Of a DNA stretch of 64,000 bases, positions 26,142 through 40,082 are shown piece by piece. Below the pieces are notes generated by a model. The model worked only from the letters and a program-made list of their open reading frames with translations, made no database searches and was not told the DNA's origin. The position numbers and the translations under genes are program-made. The stretch comes from Macrostomum lignano (Eukaryota): the NCBI GenBank assembly GCA_002269645.1, contig NIVC01000787.1:1-64000 (forward strand), in the 5' to 3' direction. Numbering within the stretch: the first letter of the stretch is position 1; each line of letters begins with the position of its first letter.

Positions 26142-26360
26142 CGGTCTGTCTTCAGTTCAAACCACAGATCGATAATGTACATCCAGCACAACCCACCCAT
26201 TCTACAGTCGGTCTGTCTTCAGTTCAAACCACAGATCGATAATGTACATCCAGCACAACCCACCCCATTTTGCAGTCGGTCTGTCTTCAGTTCAAACCAC
26301 AGATCGATAATGTACATCCAACACACCCACCCCATTCTGAAGTCGGTCTGTCTTTCGTTT
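26142..26360. repeat. 67-68 bp tandem repeat (~3.3 copies)
   Basis: cggtctgtcttcagttcaaaccacagatcgataatgtacatcc recurs at 26142, 26209, 26277; partial copy at 26344. Confidence 0.85.
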
Positions 26361-26582
26361 CAGTCCACCCCATTTGAACACATGTCTACGGCAACAAAGA
26401 ATACTTGAAAATTCACAAAAGTTGACAGAAAAGTACAAAGCATAAAAAGCAAATCCAGATTAAGCATAGCGACGTGAATTTTTATATAAGCAAGAGACAA
26501 AACTTCTCAACTAAGAACTTGACAGTTTTAGTTTAATATCCTTTGTTCAATTGAAAGGCCCAACGTGAAACTCCGGTGTTTC

Positions 26583-29500
26583 TCATTCCTTTTTCTGCTG
26601 TTCAGGGGCATTGTCATCGTCCGCAGATCGCTGCTGCTCCTGCTGCTGTTCCTGCTGACGCTCAGTCGACTGCTTGCCGTCGTCTTTCCGTCGGCCCGAC
26701 TGGCTCTCCGAGGACCGAGTCTGCGTCTTCTCCTGACAGAGTGACAGAGTGACAGAGTTAGAGTGACAGGATTGGCTTGCGAATCTTTGGATTTGGGCGA
26801 GACTGACTAAAATTTGGAATAGATACTTTAATTTGAGATTTTAGATTTCGGCGTGAAAGATTTCAAACTGGGCATCTTGGTGACCTTTAGATGTGACAAA
26901 TCTTTTTGTCACAGATTTGGCTGTAACAGACTTGGATGTGTGACAGACGTGGGAGTGTGACAGAATTGGCTGTGACCGATTTAAGAACGTGAGAGACTTA
27001 GGTGTGTGAAAGACTTATTTGCGCGACTGACTTAGGTGTGTGACAGACTTGGGTGTGTGACAGACTTGGGTGTGTGACAGACTTGGGTGTGTGACAGACT
27101 TGGGTGTGTGACAGACTTGGGTGTGTGACAGACTTGGGTGTGTGACTGATTCAAGTTGACGAACCCAGAACAGAACCAGAACTTAATTCTAAATCGTTAC
27201 AAAATAACAGAAACATTAAATTTTGATTTTTCTAAACTCATCAATACTGCATGTTATGCTATGCTAATGACAGTATGTAATGTCCAGTATGTCAAGTATC
27301 TGACTTTCTCTCTCTTAGTTTCACTGCCTACAATAAGAAGCAGTTTGTTTAACTATTGTGCAGTTATAATGTTTAACTTTGCTGCTGTCAAGTTCTTCTT
27401 GAGCAAACTTTCATGCGACCGGGTATTTTTTACGCATTACGCGTTCAAACAAACAGAAGGAACAGGAGTTGCTAGTGGCACAGTAGTTATGAGAGCAGTG
27501 GCTTTTGCTGCTATGAGGGAAAATATCTGGTTACCACTGGCAACCATTATACGCTTATAGAAACTTTATAGTATGCTTGAAGTAGGATGATGAGCTTTAT
27601 AGGGAAGCAGTTTGCGATTTTTATGAACCTTTGGGATTTTTATTTTGTTTGCCTTTTTCATCTATTTTGTTTGACTGTTTGACACTTTGATGTCTCAAGC
27701 TCTAAGTCTGTCCCCCTCTGTTCCCCTCTGCTGCCCTCTGTCCCCCTCTGTTCCCCTCTGCTGCCCTCTGTCCCCCTCTGTTCCCCTCTGCTGCCCCATG
27801 TTCCCCTCTGCTGCCCTCTGTCCCCCTCTGCCGCCCTCTGTCCCCCTCTGCTGCCCTCTGCTGTCCCCTCTGCTGCCCTCTGTCCCCCTCTGCTGTCCTC
27901 TGCTGTCCCCCTCTGCTGCCCTCTGTCCCCCTCTGCTGCCCTCTGCTGTCCCCCTCTGCTGCCCTCTGTCCCCCTCTGCTTTCCTCTGTCCCCCTCTGCT
28001 GCCCTCTATCCCCCTCTGTCCCCCTCTGCTGCCCTCTGTCCCCTCTGCTGCCCTCTGTCCCCCTCTGCTGCCCTCTGTCCCCCTCTGCTGCCCTCTGTCC
28101 CCCTCTGCTGCCCTCTGTCCCCTCTGCTTTCCTCTGTCCCCCTCTGCTGCCCTCTGTCCCCCTCTGTTCCCCTCTGCTGTCTGTTACCCCCCCCCCTGTT
28201 CCCCCTCTCTGCTACCTCTGTTCTGAGTTCTGAAATGAATGTGGGGGCCGCTCACGAATTGAACCAGCTGGTCAAGGAGCCAGGTAGCAACTAGATTGAT
28301 TAATGATTAAAATATTATACGAATTATCTCGTTCACCTTTTCCCACCAGCCCTTGGGAAAGCGGCTGATGTTGTCCATGTAGCTGAGGTTCATCTGCCAG
28401 TCTTTCTTCCAGTCCAGCTCGCTGGGGCCCATGGACTTTTGCAGGATTCGCTCCATCATAGCTTTGTTCTCGCGCGTCACCCGCAGCAGCTCGCGTTGAC
28501 GCCTCGATCGGTTCAAGCTGCGGTTGTCATGCGGACGGGGATAAAAGGATTGAACAGCTATTGAAATTTATTGAGAGCAAACAAATCGTAAAGATTAGAA
28601 ACATGTATGCAGCCTCTTAATTGAGTTAACATGCTCCCAAAATCCCAAAGCCCCGATGGCTAAACCGATGGACAACATCCATTAAACTAACCTGTCATAA
28701 ACCGCATTCAAATCCAGCACCGGCTACTTGAGCTATATAGCCCTTGAAAGTTGGCAGAAATTTGCTTTAAAAAAGACAGACAGCAACTGTGGAGGATGCG
28801 GTCTGTGAAACAAGTGCCAAATAGGAGAATTGTAAGCTTTTATTGGGAGACCCGTGTCTCTATATTTCTAGGAAGGCCACCAGCATTTTCGAGGTTAAGC
28901 AGAACTGACTGCGGTTAGTACAAAGGCACAATTAAATTAATAATTAGTATTAATTGTAATCCTGACCTCTTGGTCATGTAGTTGTTGACATTGTCAATTC
29001 GACCGCCAGTTCGCATAATCATGGACATCTTCTCCAGCAGGATCCGGTTGTCGCGTTCAATAATGGCCAGCCGCTCCTCTTCTAGCTGAAGCTTCTTCGG
29101 CTTCAGGTGCAGATGGATGTAGGTCTGCGGCGGCTTGGTGTCCACCATGGCTTTCACCCGCTTCAACTGTGCGCATGAGGCGGGTATAGGAATTATGAAT
29201 GCAGCATTTAGTTCGAAATACTGTGTCTCTTACAGTAAAAATGAATAGATTTAATATCGGCCTAACTTCTTTGCTTCTAAGTTTGGCATGGCATAAGACA
29301 ATAAAACAATTGAAAATCTGACTTAAAACCATTTAAAGGCTTTGGTAAATAATGGAAAAAATAGTACACTGTGAATCACAAAATACTAAAACAGCTTCAA
29401 AGCCAAAGGTCCTGTACATTATTTTTGGCTTTTTATGACTACTACTAGTCTACTGTTATTTTTTTCTGTTGTAAAAGTAAAAAAGTAAAATCAGTTACTT

Positions 29501-29891
29501 ATTAAGAATAAATATACAAATAAATAAATTTCACAGTTGAATTTACAAAAAATAATTGAGTTTTAGAAAACATTTTATTTAACATTTACTAGGCTAAATA
29601 TTAACTTTTATACAACTCAACACAAGTGATAAAAATGACTCGGCAACATTATGATTTTATAGTTATGCACGCAAAAAAGTCATTTTATGTGAAAAAGTTA
29701 AAAAATGTGTTGGTTTACTAGCTTTGACTCGTGTTTTTATTCTTAAAATTCCGTTTCATGGCTCTATCCTCAATCCAAAAGAAATTATTTACCTCTTCTC
29801 TGTGACGTTTGTATGCAGCTTCATCATACTGCATCTGCAGCAGACGATTTTGGCAGGGAAGAACAGAATAATAGTAACGATGACGCTGCAT
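26583..29891 (-). CDS. CFAP97D2: CFAP97/KIAA1430-domain protein (CFAP97D-like), ~209 aa
   Basis: Exons 29891-29793, 29166-28967, 28517-28337 and 26732-26583 are phase-consistent. Motifs VLPCQNRLLQ, VDTKPPQTYIHLHLKPKKLQLEEERLAIIERDNRILLEKM, SLNRSRRQRELLRVTREN. Paralogue assignment (D1 vs D2) is uncertain. Confidence 0.85.
26920..27148. repeat. 17-bp minisatellite (gacttgggtgtgtgaca), degenerate at the left
   Basis: Tandem units in CFAP97D intron 3. Confidence 0.85.
27705..28222. repeat. C/T-rich low-complexity repeat (ccctctgtccccctctgctg)
   Basis: Irregular tandem units in CFAP97D intron 3. Confidence 0.9.
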
Positions 29892-31914
29892 TCTGAAGCA
29901 CAGGCAACAACAAAGTTCAAAACACAACTAAAATACTTAAGCCCCGCTACTGCTCCTAAATTGCGACAAGCGTATAAGTTAAATTAGTGCTAAAATGCTG
30001 TCCATCGTTACGGAACGAATTTGTTATAATGCTCCGTAACTAAGCTTCAAAACTCACTCAGACTCTTGAATAATAAGGTTTTAATGAATTTAAGCAAAGA
30101 GCTAGTTTACATTATCTTCAAAATAGATATCACTTTATTTTCTGTTGTGACGTTTTTGAAATTTGTTAACTCATCTTTCCCGAGTCACAAATGCAAATGC
30201 TATCAAATGCGGTATTAGTATAGACCTCACTATTAGTATTCTACTCTGGCAAAAACTATGAACGACGTGACTTGTTAATTGATCAGCAGATCAGGCTACA
30301 AGCTACGTTTCAGTTACTGTTTCTAGAATAAACGAAAAAACTCAAAATATTCAAACAGGGATCGTATGTATATGAATAACCCGAAGGTCTAACCCGAAGC
30401 CTGTGAGTCAGCATCAAAACATCATATATTCTTGAGACTTGAACTTTTTATAATAAAAAATTCTCTTTCTCACCACAATTAGCTAAATCAATTTAAGAGC
30501 ATGAATGAAAGTTAAGGTGCGTTATAAAAAGCACACGCACAAAACTATAGCTAGCTAGTTGAAAGATAACTTCTAACTGATTGAGTCAATTGGTATTAGT
30601 GTATTTTGATAGCCAGGTCAAAAAAGCAGAAAAAACTGACTAAAAAACAAATTAAAAATGTGGCAGTAGCTATCAACCGTGTACATTTGAATTATCAAAG
30701 CAGCACAGAACAACATCAAAATTGACAAAAAAATTAAAGGTATATAATTTATTATTTACGTATCTGTGTACAAGATATACAGAAATTTATTACTATTACT
30801 TCTATTCAAGAAAATATACGATGAAAACTTCACACCTATCTAAAATTTCTGCCTGCAGTAGCAGCAAGCCTACTTGAAAAAGTACGCTAATTTAAAGTAA
30901 AGACAATTAAAAGGTTAATAAAATAGCCGACGAAAATAATCCATAAGCATCGCCCAGCCAAAAAACAACAGGCACAAAATTCACAAAAAGTATAAAATCG
31001 CTGACGTTTATCAAGACTGTTACATAAAGCATTGATCTAAAAAGATGTACGAAACACTTACATAACTAAAGCGCCTTTGTGGTCGCAAAATTTGTGATAA
31101 AAATTTTTACTAAATGAAAGTTGAATTACCTAAATTTATAGGATTAACAGAAATACAATGCTGTAAAAGTTTTAAGTTCAAGTTCGTATGATGACGTAAT
31201 CAAAAAGTAAAGAAGCGATAACTTTAAGCTATACTCATGAGCAACTGCTGAATTCTGCAACGAGCAGGATATAGCGAAACAGATTAACAATGAATCACAA
31301 ATAAATTATAAACAGTTTCTAAAATTATCCTATAATTTATATTAAATAAGTCCATACAATGTCGATTCACATTTGTCTCTTATGACAATAGCTAGCTACA
31401 AGATAAAAAAGCTATACAACAGTTGGTATATAATACTAATCCATATACTAAATTATAGCTAAAATCATACTAGATGCGAAATTGACACAAGAGTATAATT
31501 AAAACTAGATTTAGCAGCTATTGTATAAAAATCATGAATTATTCATTACTACAGCGGCATCAGCATAAATGAATTATGAAATTTATAAAGTAACTAAATC
31601 TATTTAAAGAATCATAAATTTATAGTTTCTCTATTAAAATAACAGAAATCGAGCTTTGGCCCTTATAAAATGGCGACAGTGCCATGCAGCTTGCAGGCAA
31701 TTTTCCCGAATCCACTGTCTCTGTGCAGCAATCCAAAGATAAAAGTACAGGACTTCGATAGTAAAATGAAGCGAAGTTGTAAATAAAAAGATCAATTCGC
31801 ATTTTATAGCTATTTTACCAGTAGTCTATGCAGTATATACGAGAGTCTTACAGAGACAATTAATAACTGGAAATTCATGGGTCTACGGCAATCCACTGCC
31901 AAAAGTTTGACCAC

Positions 31915-32150
31915 CGAACCTAACCCTAACCTAAACCCTAAACCTTAACCTAAAACCTTATTCTTCAATCCAAACTTGAAAGCTAACCTAACCCCAAACC
32001 TAAACCCTAAACTAAACCTAAATCTAAACCCCAACCCTTAACCCTAGTAGTAAACCCTAGATCTAACCACTAACCCTAAGCCCTAAACCTAAACCTAAAA
32101 TCTAATTCCTAAACCCTATTCTAAAACCAAACCTAAACCCTAACCCAAAT
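31915..32150. repeat. Degenerate (TAACCC/TAAACC)n telomere-like tract
   Basis: cctaaccctaacctaaaccctaaacc... over ~235 bp. Confidence 0.75.
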
Positions 32151-32471
32151 CACCGGCAGTCAGTTGTGGTGCTCCAATTCTTTGTACATCATGACAAGAT
32201 TTGTAACGCGATATTTCAGATTATCTTTAGATTTTATAATACTTCTAGTATATGGTGATAGACGAATGTAAACTGGATAATCTGTTGCAATTGTCCAATG
32301 CCAGACTTGCTCGTCTCTCAATGGAGTTTCTCAGTCAGAAATGCGCGTGCTGTCTATGGCCCAACCTGTTTTTACTCTATAGACTTTCAACTTCAGATTT
32401 CCGTTTCCTAACTCTGCATGACATACAGACAATGCTGAGCAAACTTTTGTTTACATGTAGTAGCTCAAGGC

Positions 32472-34912
32472 TTAAACAGGCGTAGCGGCTGACGTTCCAG
32501 CTGAGTTTGCAGTAGCAGTAGCCATCGAGCTGCCGCCGGCGCCGCCGTCAGCGCCTCGACAGGTCAGACTGACAGAGCGGACAAAGTGAAAATCGGCTGT
32601 GCGGCAGTGCGGACACGCCAGCGGCTGCGAGAATTGGGAAAACGCCGTCGGCAGATCGCCGGGCTCCGTGACCAGCGGTCGCCGGCAGTGGCTGCACAGA
32701 AGTCGCTCCGGGCAGCAGGGCGAACAGGCGAGTACGTCGAATGTGTAAATTCCGCCAACTAGCAGGTGCGAGCCGTCCCAGGTGTGCTGACAGTAGCGGC
32801 AGCGACTATGCAACTGCGGCTGTCTGGTACGGCAGGCGCAGTGCAGACAGACGGCGTGCAGGAAGCCCTTTCCGCACGCGGGACCGTCCGAGCTCCGGTG
32901 CCGCACCGGGCTGAGAAAGAACGTCCCGTCAATGAGCGGGAAATGATCGTACACGGGCATCTGATGGCCGCAAAGGACGCAGGGAACTTGCGGACTCCTA
33001 CAAGCAGTCAGCGTGGTGAGCACCAACGACTTAAGCTCGTCATTCTCGGTCGAGCTGTCGTCCTCAGTGACGATGTGGAATTTGTTCTGCTTGCTCCTCG
33101 GCAGAACTTTCAAGCTGTCGAAGTTGTCCAGCCGGCGGCGGAATATGTTGCCGCGGTTGCGCAGCTGGTGCTGCAGGGCCGGCTCGGCGGGCGGCGGCTG
33201 TTGCGAGTAGACCAAGGAGGTGAATGGCACCGTTGAAGTCTCCGATCTTGTCGGGCTCAGACTGAACGCGGCGCCGAAGCCGCCGTGGCTTGACGAATTG
33301 CTGAGGTTCCGCAGTCTTTTATTAAGCATGTCTGTCGGACTGTTGTAGGAGCCGACGCCGCCGCCACCGCTGCTGCCCATGAGGTAGTAGCCATTGTTGG
33401 ACCCAGCTGTCTGCTGTTGCCGTCTACGGCCGATCAACTGCGGCTGCGAGGCGGCGGTCGCAGATCCCGGATGCGAATGATCTCTCACCAGCTGGCCCTT
33501 GCCGCAGGGGCAACGGAGGAGCTTCTGTTGATCGCCACGAACCGACTGAGTTGGCGACATTGCAGATGCAGACTTTTGATGACTGCCGCTGGCGGCTGAG
33601 CGCTCCCACCGGTTGAGACAGTCCAGATGGGCCCACAGAACTGCATTCGGTATTCAAAGTATTCTTGAATTATTCTTCTATTCTTCTATTCAAAGTATTC
33701 TGCCCATTTCGCAGTCACATACAAGCGAGCTATGCAATACTGTACGCAGGCACGCACTCATGCACACGCTCACACAGGGTGTACAGCGTCCAGCTGACTG
33801 TCTAATCGTCAGGCATGTACACTCTCTGCAGATGTACGTGTTGCCTGTGGGTAATCTACGGTATGGATGAGTTGCCTGTGGGTAATCTACGCTGTGGATG
33901 AGTTGTCTATGGGTAATCTACGATGTGGATGAGTTGTCTATGGGTAATCTACGCTGTGGATAAGTTGTCTATGGGTAATCTACGCTGTGGATAAGTTGTC
34001 TATGGGTAATCTACGATGTGTATAAGTTGTCTATGGGTAATCTACGCTGTGGATGAGTTGTCTATGGGTAATCTACGATGTGGATAAGTTGTCTATGGGT
34101 AATCTACGATGTGGATGAGTTGTCTATGGGTAATCTAGGCTGTGGATGAGTTGTCTATGGGTAATCTACGCTGAGGATAAGTTGTCTATGGGTAATCTAC
34201 GCTGTGGATGAGTTGTCTATGGGTAGTCTACGCTGTGGATGAGTTGTCTATGGGTAATCTACGCTGTGGATGAGTTGTCTATGGGTAATCTACGCTGAGG
34301 ATAAGTTGTCCATGGGTAATCTACGCTGTGGATGAGTTGTCTATGGGTAATCTACGCTGTGGATGAGTTGTCTATGGGTAATCTACGCTGTGGATGAGTT
34401 GTCTATGGGTAGTCTACGCTGTGGATGAGTTGTCTATGGGTAGTCTACGCTGTGGATGAGTTGTCTATGGGTAATCTACGCTGTGGATGAGTTGTCTATG
34501 GGTAATCTAAGCTGTGGATGAGTTGTCTATGGGTAATCTACGTCTAGTACCTAGTAGCGTAGAAATCAAGCCAATTGTATATATCAGAGAAGAGCTCACC
34601 CTGACCACAGGAGTGCCCCGAGCACACCAGTTTAACAGCGTCTTGACACTCCTCCGGATCCGAGATGACGGCCGAATTCTGTCTGGTCTGATTCGGCGGC
34701 AGCAGATGGGAATCGACGGAGTGCAGACAGCAGGTTACGCTGCTCAGTTGATGATTATGATAATGATGATGCTGGTTGTGATGATGATTGGTGTTGAGAC
34801 CGTTCTCGACCGCCCTCTGAGCATCCTGCAGCTTGCCAGCTGGCCTGAATCGATAGGCTGTCATTCCCCCAGAGCCGCTGCTGTTGCTGCGAGGCTGCAG
34901 GGAGGTGGACAT
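32472..34912 (-). CDS. HECA: Headcase protein homolog, ~493 aa
   Basis: Exons 34912-34600 and 33640-32472 join in phase 1. Motifs DAVKLVCSGHSC, AHLDCLNRWE, CPCGKGQLVRD, CVLCGHQMPVYDHFPLIDGTFFLSP, CRYCQHTWDGSHLLVGGIYTFDVLACSPCC, CPHCRTADFHFV. Confidence 0.92.
33715..34545. repeat. Dispersed block copy C (33715-33830) followed by a 31-bp minisatellite (tctacgctgtggatgagttgtctatgggtaa) in the headcase intron
   Basis: The reverse complement of 33715-33830 matches copies A and B; about 22 tandem units follow. Confidence 0.85.
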
Positions 34913-35516
34913 TGCCTCGGTGACTTTTGAGTAAAACAATCAGTGACTGAAGTATGGTATGCCGTTGAAAACAAAGTAGCAGAGCCCGCTAAACGGCCGT
35001 AGACTTTCGGACGCGGCTTTTGTAAAAAAACAGAGAAAGAGAGAGAGACCGAAATGTGGTGCAGTTGTAGTTAGCCTGTGTGTGGCTCTTCGTCGAGGGG
35101 GTGTGGGCGAAGCGACAGAGGGAGTGAGAGAGAGAGAGAGGGGCATTGTAGACAAGACAGAGTATTAAGAGCTCTAACCCGCCTGGCTCTCTCGCCTTCA
35201 GTGCACATTTGCATTCAGTACAGCTGGCCTTGCCCACTGTCTTCATGAACTTTTAGTGCGCGCACTGGACGCATGTGCATGGGGCTGTCGTTGCTGTAGT
35301 GAGGGGAGAGAAATGACGAGTGGAAGAGAAAAACAGCTCGTAGAGACGCAAAAAATAGCCAAAAATGTACACTGTGTGTACGCAGACACAGCAGCGCTGT
35401 GTTCAATCCCGACTTCCTCGCTTCCTCCAACGATTGCACTAAAAGCTACTTCGGTACACGCAATAAGGAAGGCGCGTGACAATTCATAAGGACAGTTGAA
35501 CTAGTGGGGATTCATA

Positions 35517-36165
<649 letters not shown>

Positions 36166-36769
36166 CAGACGCCCTATGACATGACAAAGAAGATGCAACT
36201 GAAAATTACTTCAAAGGCAAAGCCAACTGAAAGCCAAATGCCCCAATTACAGGGGACTCGCGGCAAGAGGTCCCAAGTCCTCATTATCCAGGTCTGCCAT
36301 CAAAAACTTCAGCTCATAATTTCAGGTTGTCTGCCGGTGGCCCGCACCATGTACTTGTCTATCAGGTTGACTGTATGATGAGAAAATTGCAGAGTCCCTG
36401 CTGAGCTCTCTGCTGCTCTCTGTCTGATCCGACTGAAGAAGTTTGAACGAAACGGTGCACTATATGAGGTCAATTGAGACAGCTGTGAAGCTGGATAATT
36501 TCTCAATCTTTCTCTCCATCTGTCTTCTAAGCCTGTCATTCTAGAGTTAGTTGCTTCTCAGGAATTTTCTAGTGACTTTCGGAGTCCTTTGCGGCTGAAT
36601 TTCAGGTTTATAATTTTTTTCTGAGAAAGTACCCGGCAAAAATTTTAATCGTTGCGGTGAATAAATTCAAAACACGCATTTAGTCTACTCTTAGTAGCAC
36701 GAGTACAAACTGTTTAGCTCTATGTGTTATAATTAGCTGTCATGGATGGGAAAAAATTAAAATTAAGTA

Positions 36770-37400
36770 AAACTGGCGCCACTCGTGACAAATCTGGCGC
36801 CTCTTGAAATTAATCTGGCGTCATTAGGATAAATCTGGCGCCATTTGAGAGGAATCTAGCGCCACTTGGAATAAATTTCATGGAATCAATCTGGCGCCAC
36901 ATGGAATCAATCTGGCGCCACATGGAATCAATCTGGCGCCACTTGGGATAAATCTGGCGCCACTTGAGATAAATCTGGCGCCACTTGAGATAAATCTGGC
37001 GCTACCCGAGATAAATCTGGCGCCACATGGAATAAACCTGGCACCACTCGAGATAAATCTGGCGCCACATGAAATAAATCTGGCGCCGCATGGAATAAAT
37101 CTGCCGCCACTTGGGATAAATCTGGCGCCACTTGAGATAAATCTGGCGCCACTCGAGATAAATCTGGCGCCATTTGGGACGAATCTGGTACCACATAAAA
37201 TAAATCTGGCGCCACATGGAATAAATCTGGAACCACATGAAATAAATCTGGCGCCACATGTAATAAAACTGGCGCCAGTCGAGATAAATCTGGCGCCACA
37301 TGAAATAAATCTGGCTTGTGGCGCCATATTTGGTACGACTCTGGCGCCATATGGAATAAATTTGAAATGAATCTGGCGCCACTTAGGATAAACATGGCGC
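36770..37400. repeat. 21-22 bp minisatellite with palindromic core (ataaatcTGGCGCCActtgag and variants)
   Basis: About 28 units; the variable part is only 5-7 nt. Confidence 0.9.
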
Positions 37401-38124
37401 CTTTCATATACATGTAGGTTCAGTTGACATTAAAACAGCGTTGCAAAAGCAGAAGTACTACAATATATACAGTACCTGATAAACTGTGGAACAGGTTGAC
37501 TTCAGGTAAATTATAAAAATGCAGTCAATAAGGTTTGCCCAAGGAAAACTACCTGATCCATATGAGATATACCTCCATACCACCATATACATGCAGGTAT
37601 CTAAGCCCTTCTCTAATAAGCAGAGACGAAAAGCAGTGTTCTCTACAGAACACTAAATTTTATAGAGGGTTATGCAAGCCCCAAACAAACAATTTATGAA
37701 ATGAATTGTCCATTTTTTCTCCATCGGCTCCGAGCGAGCTCGTCTGCCTTGAGTTGAGTTTTGTGTAAATCTTAAATAGAGCTTGCTATGTCAAACGCTT
37801 GCTCATTTAGAGGCAAACCTCTCTTGCTGTTGGAGAGTATAAAACCGTTAGAGCAGACTCATAGCCAGGGAGAGAGTGGCTGCAGTATTCGGCTGTTTTT
37901 ATATCTCTTTCTCTTATCTCTGTTTGAGCACCGAATACTATTAAGAGATTGAAATAAACACTCTGCTCATTTGTTTTAAGTTTTTGATTATAAGGGTTTT
38001 ATTATATATGGCATTAGACCATTAGACATGCCGGAGCTTGAAAGAAGCTCGACCACTGTTGCTGCTGCTGCTGGCTGCTCAACTAACGGAAGAGGAGAGG
38101 AGTTGATCAGACGATCCATCACCA

Positions 38125-39780
38125 AGATGGACTGGTGAGTTGCTGAGTAAATGGAGGTGAGTTGCTGAGTGAATGGACTGGTGAGTTGCTGAGTAAATGG
38201 AGGTGAGTTGCTGAGTGAATGGAGGTGAGTTGCTGAGTGAATGGACTGGTGAGTTGCTGAGTGAATGGAGGTGAGTTGCTGAGTGAATGGACTGGTGAGT
38301 TGCTGAGTGAATGGACTGGTGAGTTGCTGAGTGAATGGAGGTGAGTTGCTGAGTGAATGGACTGGTGAGTTGCTGAGTGAATGGACTGGTGAGTTGCTGA
38401 GTGAATGGACTGGTGAGTTGCTGAGTAAATGGAGGTGAGTTGCTGAGTGAATGGAGGTGAGTTGCTGAGTGAATGGACTGGTGAGTTGCTGAGTGAATGG
38501 ACTGGTGAGTTGCTGAGTGAATGGACTGGTGAGTTGCTGAGTGAATGGAGGTGAGTTGCTGAGTTAATGGACTGGTGAGTTGCTGAGTGAATGGAGGTTA
38601 GTTGCTGAGTGAATGGACTGGTGAGTTGCTGAGTGAATGGACTGGTGAGTTGCTGAGTGAATGGACTGGTGAGTTGCTGAGTGAATGGACTGGTGAGTTG
38701 CTGAGTGAATGGAGGTGAGTTGCTGAGTGAATGGAGGTGAGTTGCTGAGTGAATGGAGGTGAGTTGCTGAGTGAATGGAGGTGAGTTGCTGAGTGAATGG
38801 AGGTGAGTTGCTGAGTGAATGGAGGTGAGTTGCTGAGTGAATGGAGGTGAGTTGCTGAGTGAATGGAGGTGAGTTGCTGAGTGAATGGACTGGTGAGTTG
38901 CTGAGTGAATGGAGGTGAGTTGCTGAGTGAATGGACTGGTGAGTTGCTGAGTGAATAGAGGTGAGTTGCTGAGTGAATGGAGGTGAGTTGCTGAGTGAAT
39001 GGAGGTGAGTTGCTGAGTGAATGGAGGTGAGTTGCTGAGTGAATGGAGGTGAGTTGCTGAGTGAATGGACTGGTGAGTTGCTGAGTGAATGGAGGTGAGT
39101 TGCTGAGTGAATGGAGGTGAGTTGCTGAGTGAATGGAGGTGAGTTGCTGAGTGAATGGACTGGTGAGTTGCTGAGTGAATGGACTGGTGAGTTGCTGAGT
39201 GAATGGAGGTTAGTTGCTGAGTGAATGGACTGGTGAGTTGCTGAGTGAATGGACTGGTGAGTTGCTGAGTGAATGGAGGTGAGTTGCTGAGTGAATGGAC
39301 TGGTGAGTTGCTGAGTGAATGGACTGGTGAGTTGCTGAGTGAATGGACTGGTGAGTTGCTGAGTGAATGGAGGTGAGTTGCTGAGTGAATGGACTGGTGA
39401 GTTGCTGAGTGAATGGAGGTTAGTTGCTGAGTGAATGGAGGTGAGTTGCTGAGTGAATGGACTGATGAGTTGCTGAGTGAATGGAGGTGAGTTGCTGAGT
39501 GAATGGAGGTGAGTTGCTGAGTGAATGGAGGTGAGTTGCTGAGTGAATGGACTGGTGAGTTGCTGAGTGAATGGAGGTTAGTTGCTGAGTGAATGGACTG
39601 GTGAGTTGCTGAGTGAATGGACTGGTGAGTTGCTGAGTGAATGGAGGTGAGTTGCTGAGTGAATGGACTGGTGAGTTGCTGAGTGAATGGACTGGTGAGT
39701 TGCTGAGTGAATGGAGGTTAGTTGCTGAGTGAATGGAGGTGAGTTGCTGAGTGGATGATGATGATTGCTGAGTAAATGAT
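38125..39780. repeat. 22/24-bp two-variant minisatellite (gtgagttgctgagtgaatgga-g / -ctg), ~1.65 kb
   Basis: About 70 tandem units of two interspersed variants. Confidence 0.95.
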
Positions 39781-40082
39781 GGCAATCGAGACGCCAAGTA
39801 GATATTGAAGAGATATTGAGTGGATAGTTGTGAGATACTGAGCGGATAGCAGTGACGATGCTGAGAAGATGGTGCTTAGATGCTGAGCTGAGCATCAAAA
39901 CCTTAGATTACACTTTTGTATTCTGTGGCGGTATTGGCCAGCGCTAGCGCATACAACCCTGGATAAATCACAACGCACGGAAGTTTTTGCACTGAGACGT
40001 CAAGAAGCCTCACCTATGAGGGCAGCTCAGCGTAATTAAGTTTAATAAAAAATGATGGAGACGGACTCACAACTGACGGTTG

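Noticed and set aside
29950-31850. Long AT-rich stretch between CFAP97D and headcase
   Set aside because: No ORF, repeat structure or RNA-gene signature was recognisable.
36200-36539. Possible degenerate coding fragment on the minus strand (WRERLRNYPASQL...)
   Set aside because: Short, frameshifted, with no recognisable motif or splice structure.
37690-37990. LTR-like segment with TATAAAA and AATAAA
   Set aside because: No TG...CA boundaries with a target-site duplication could be defined.
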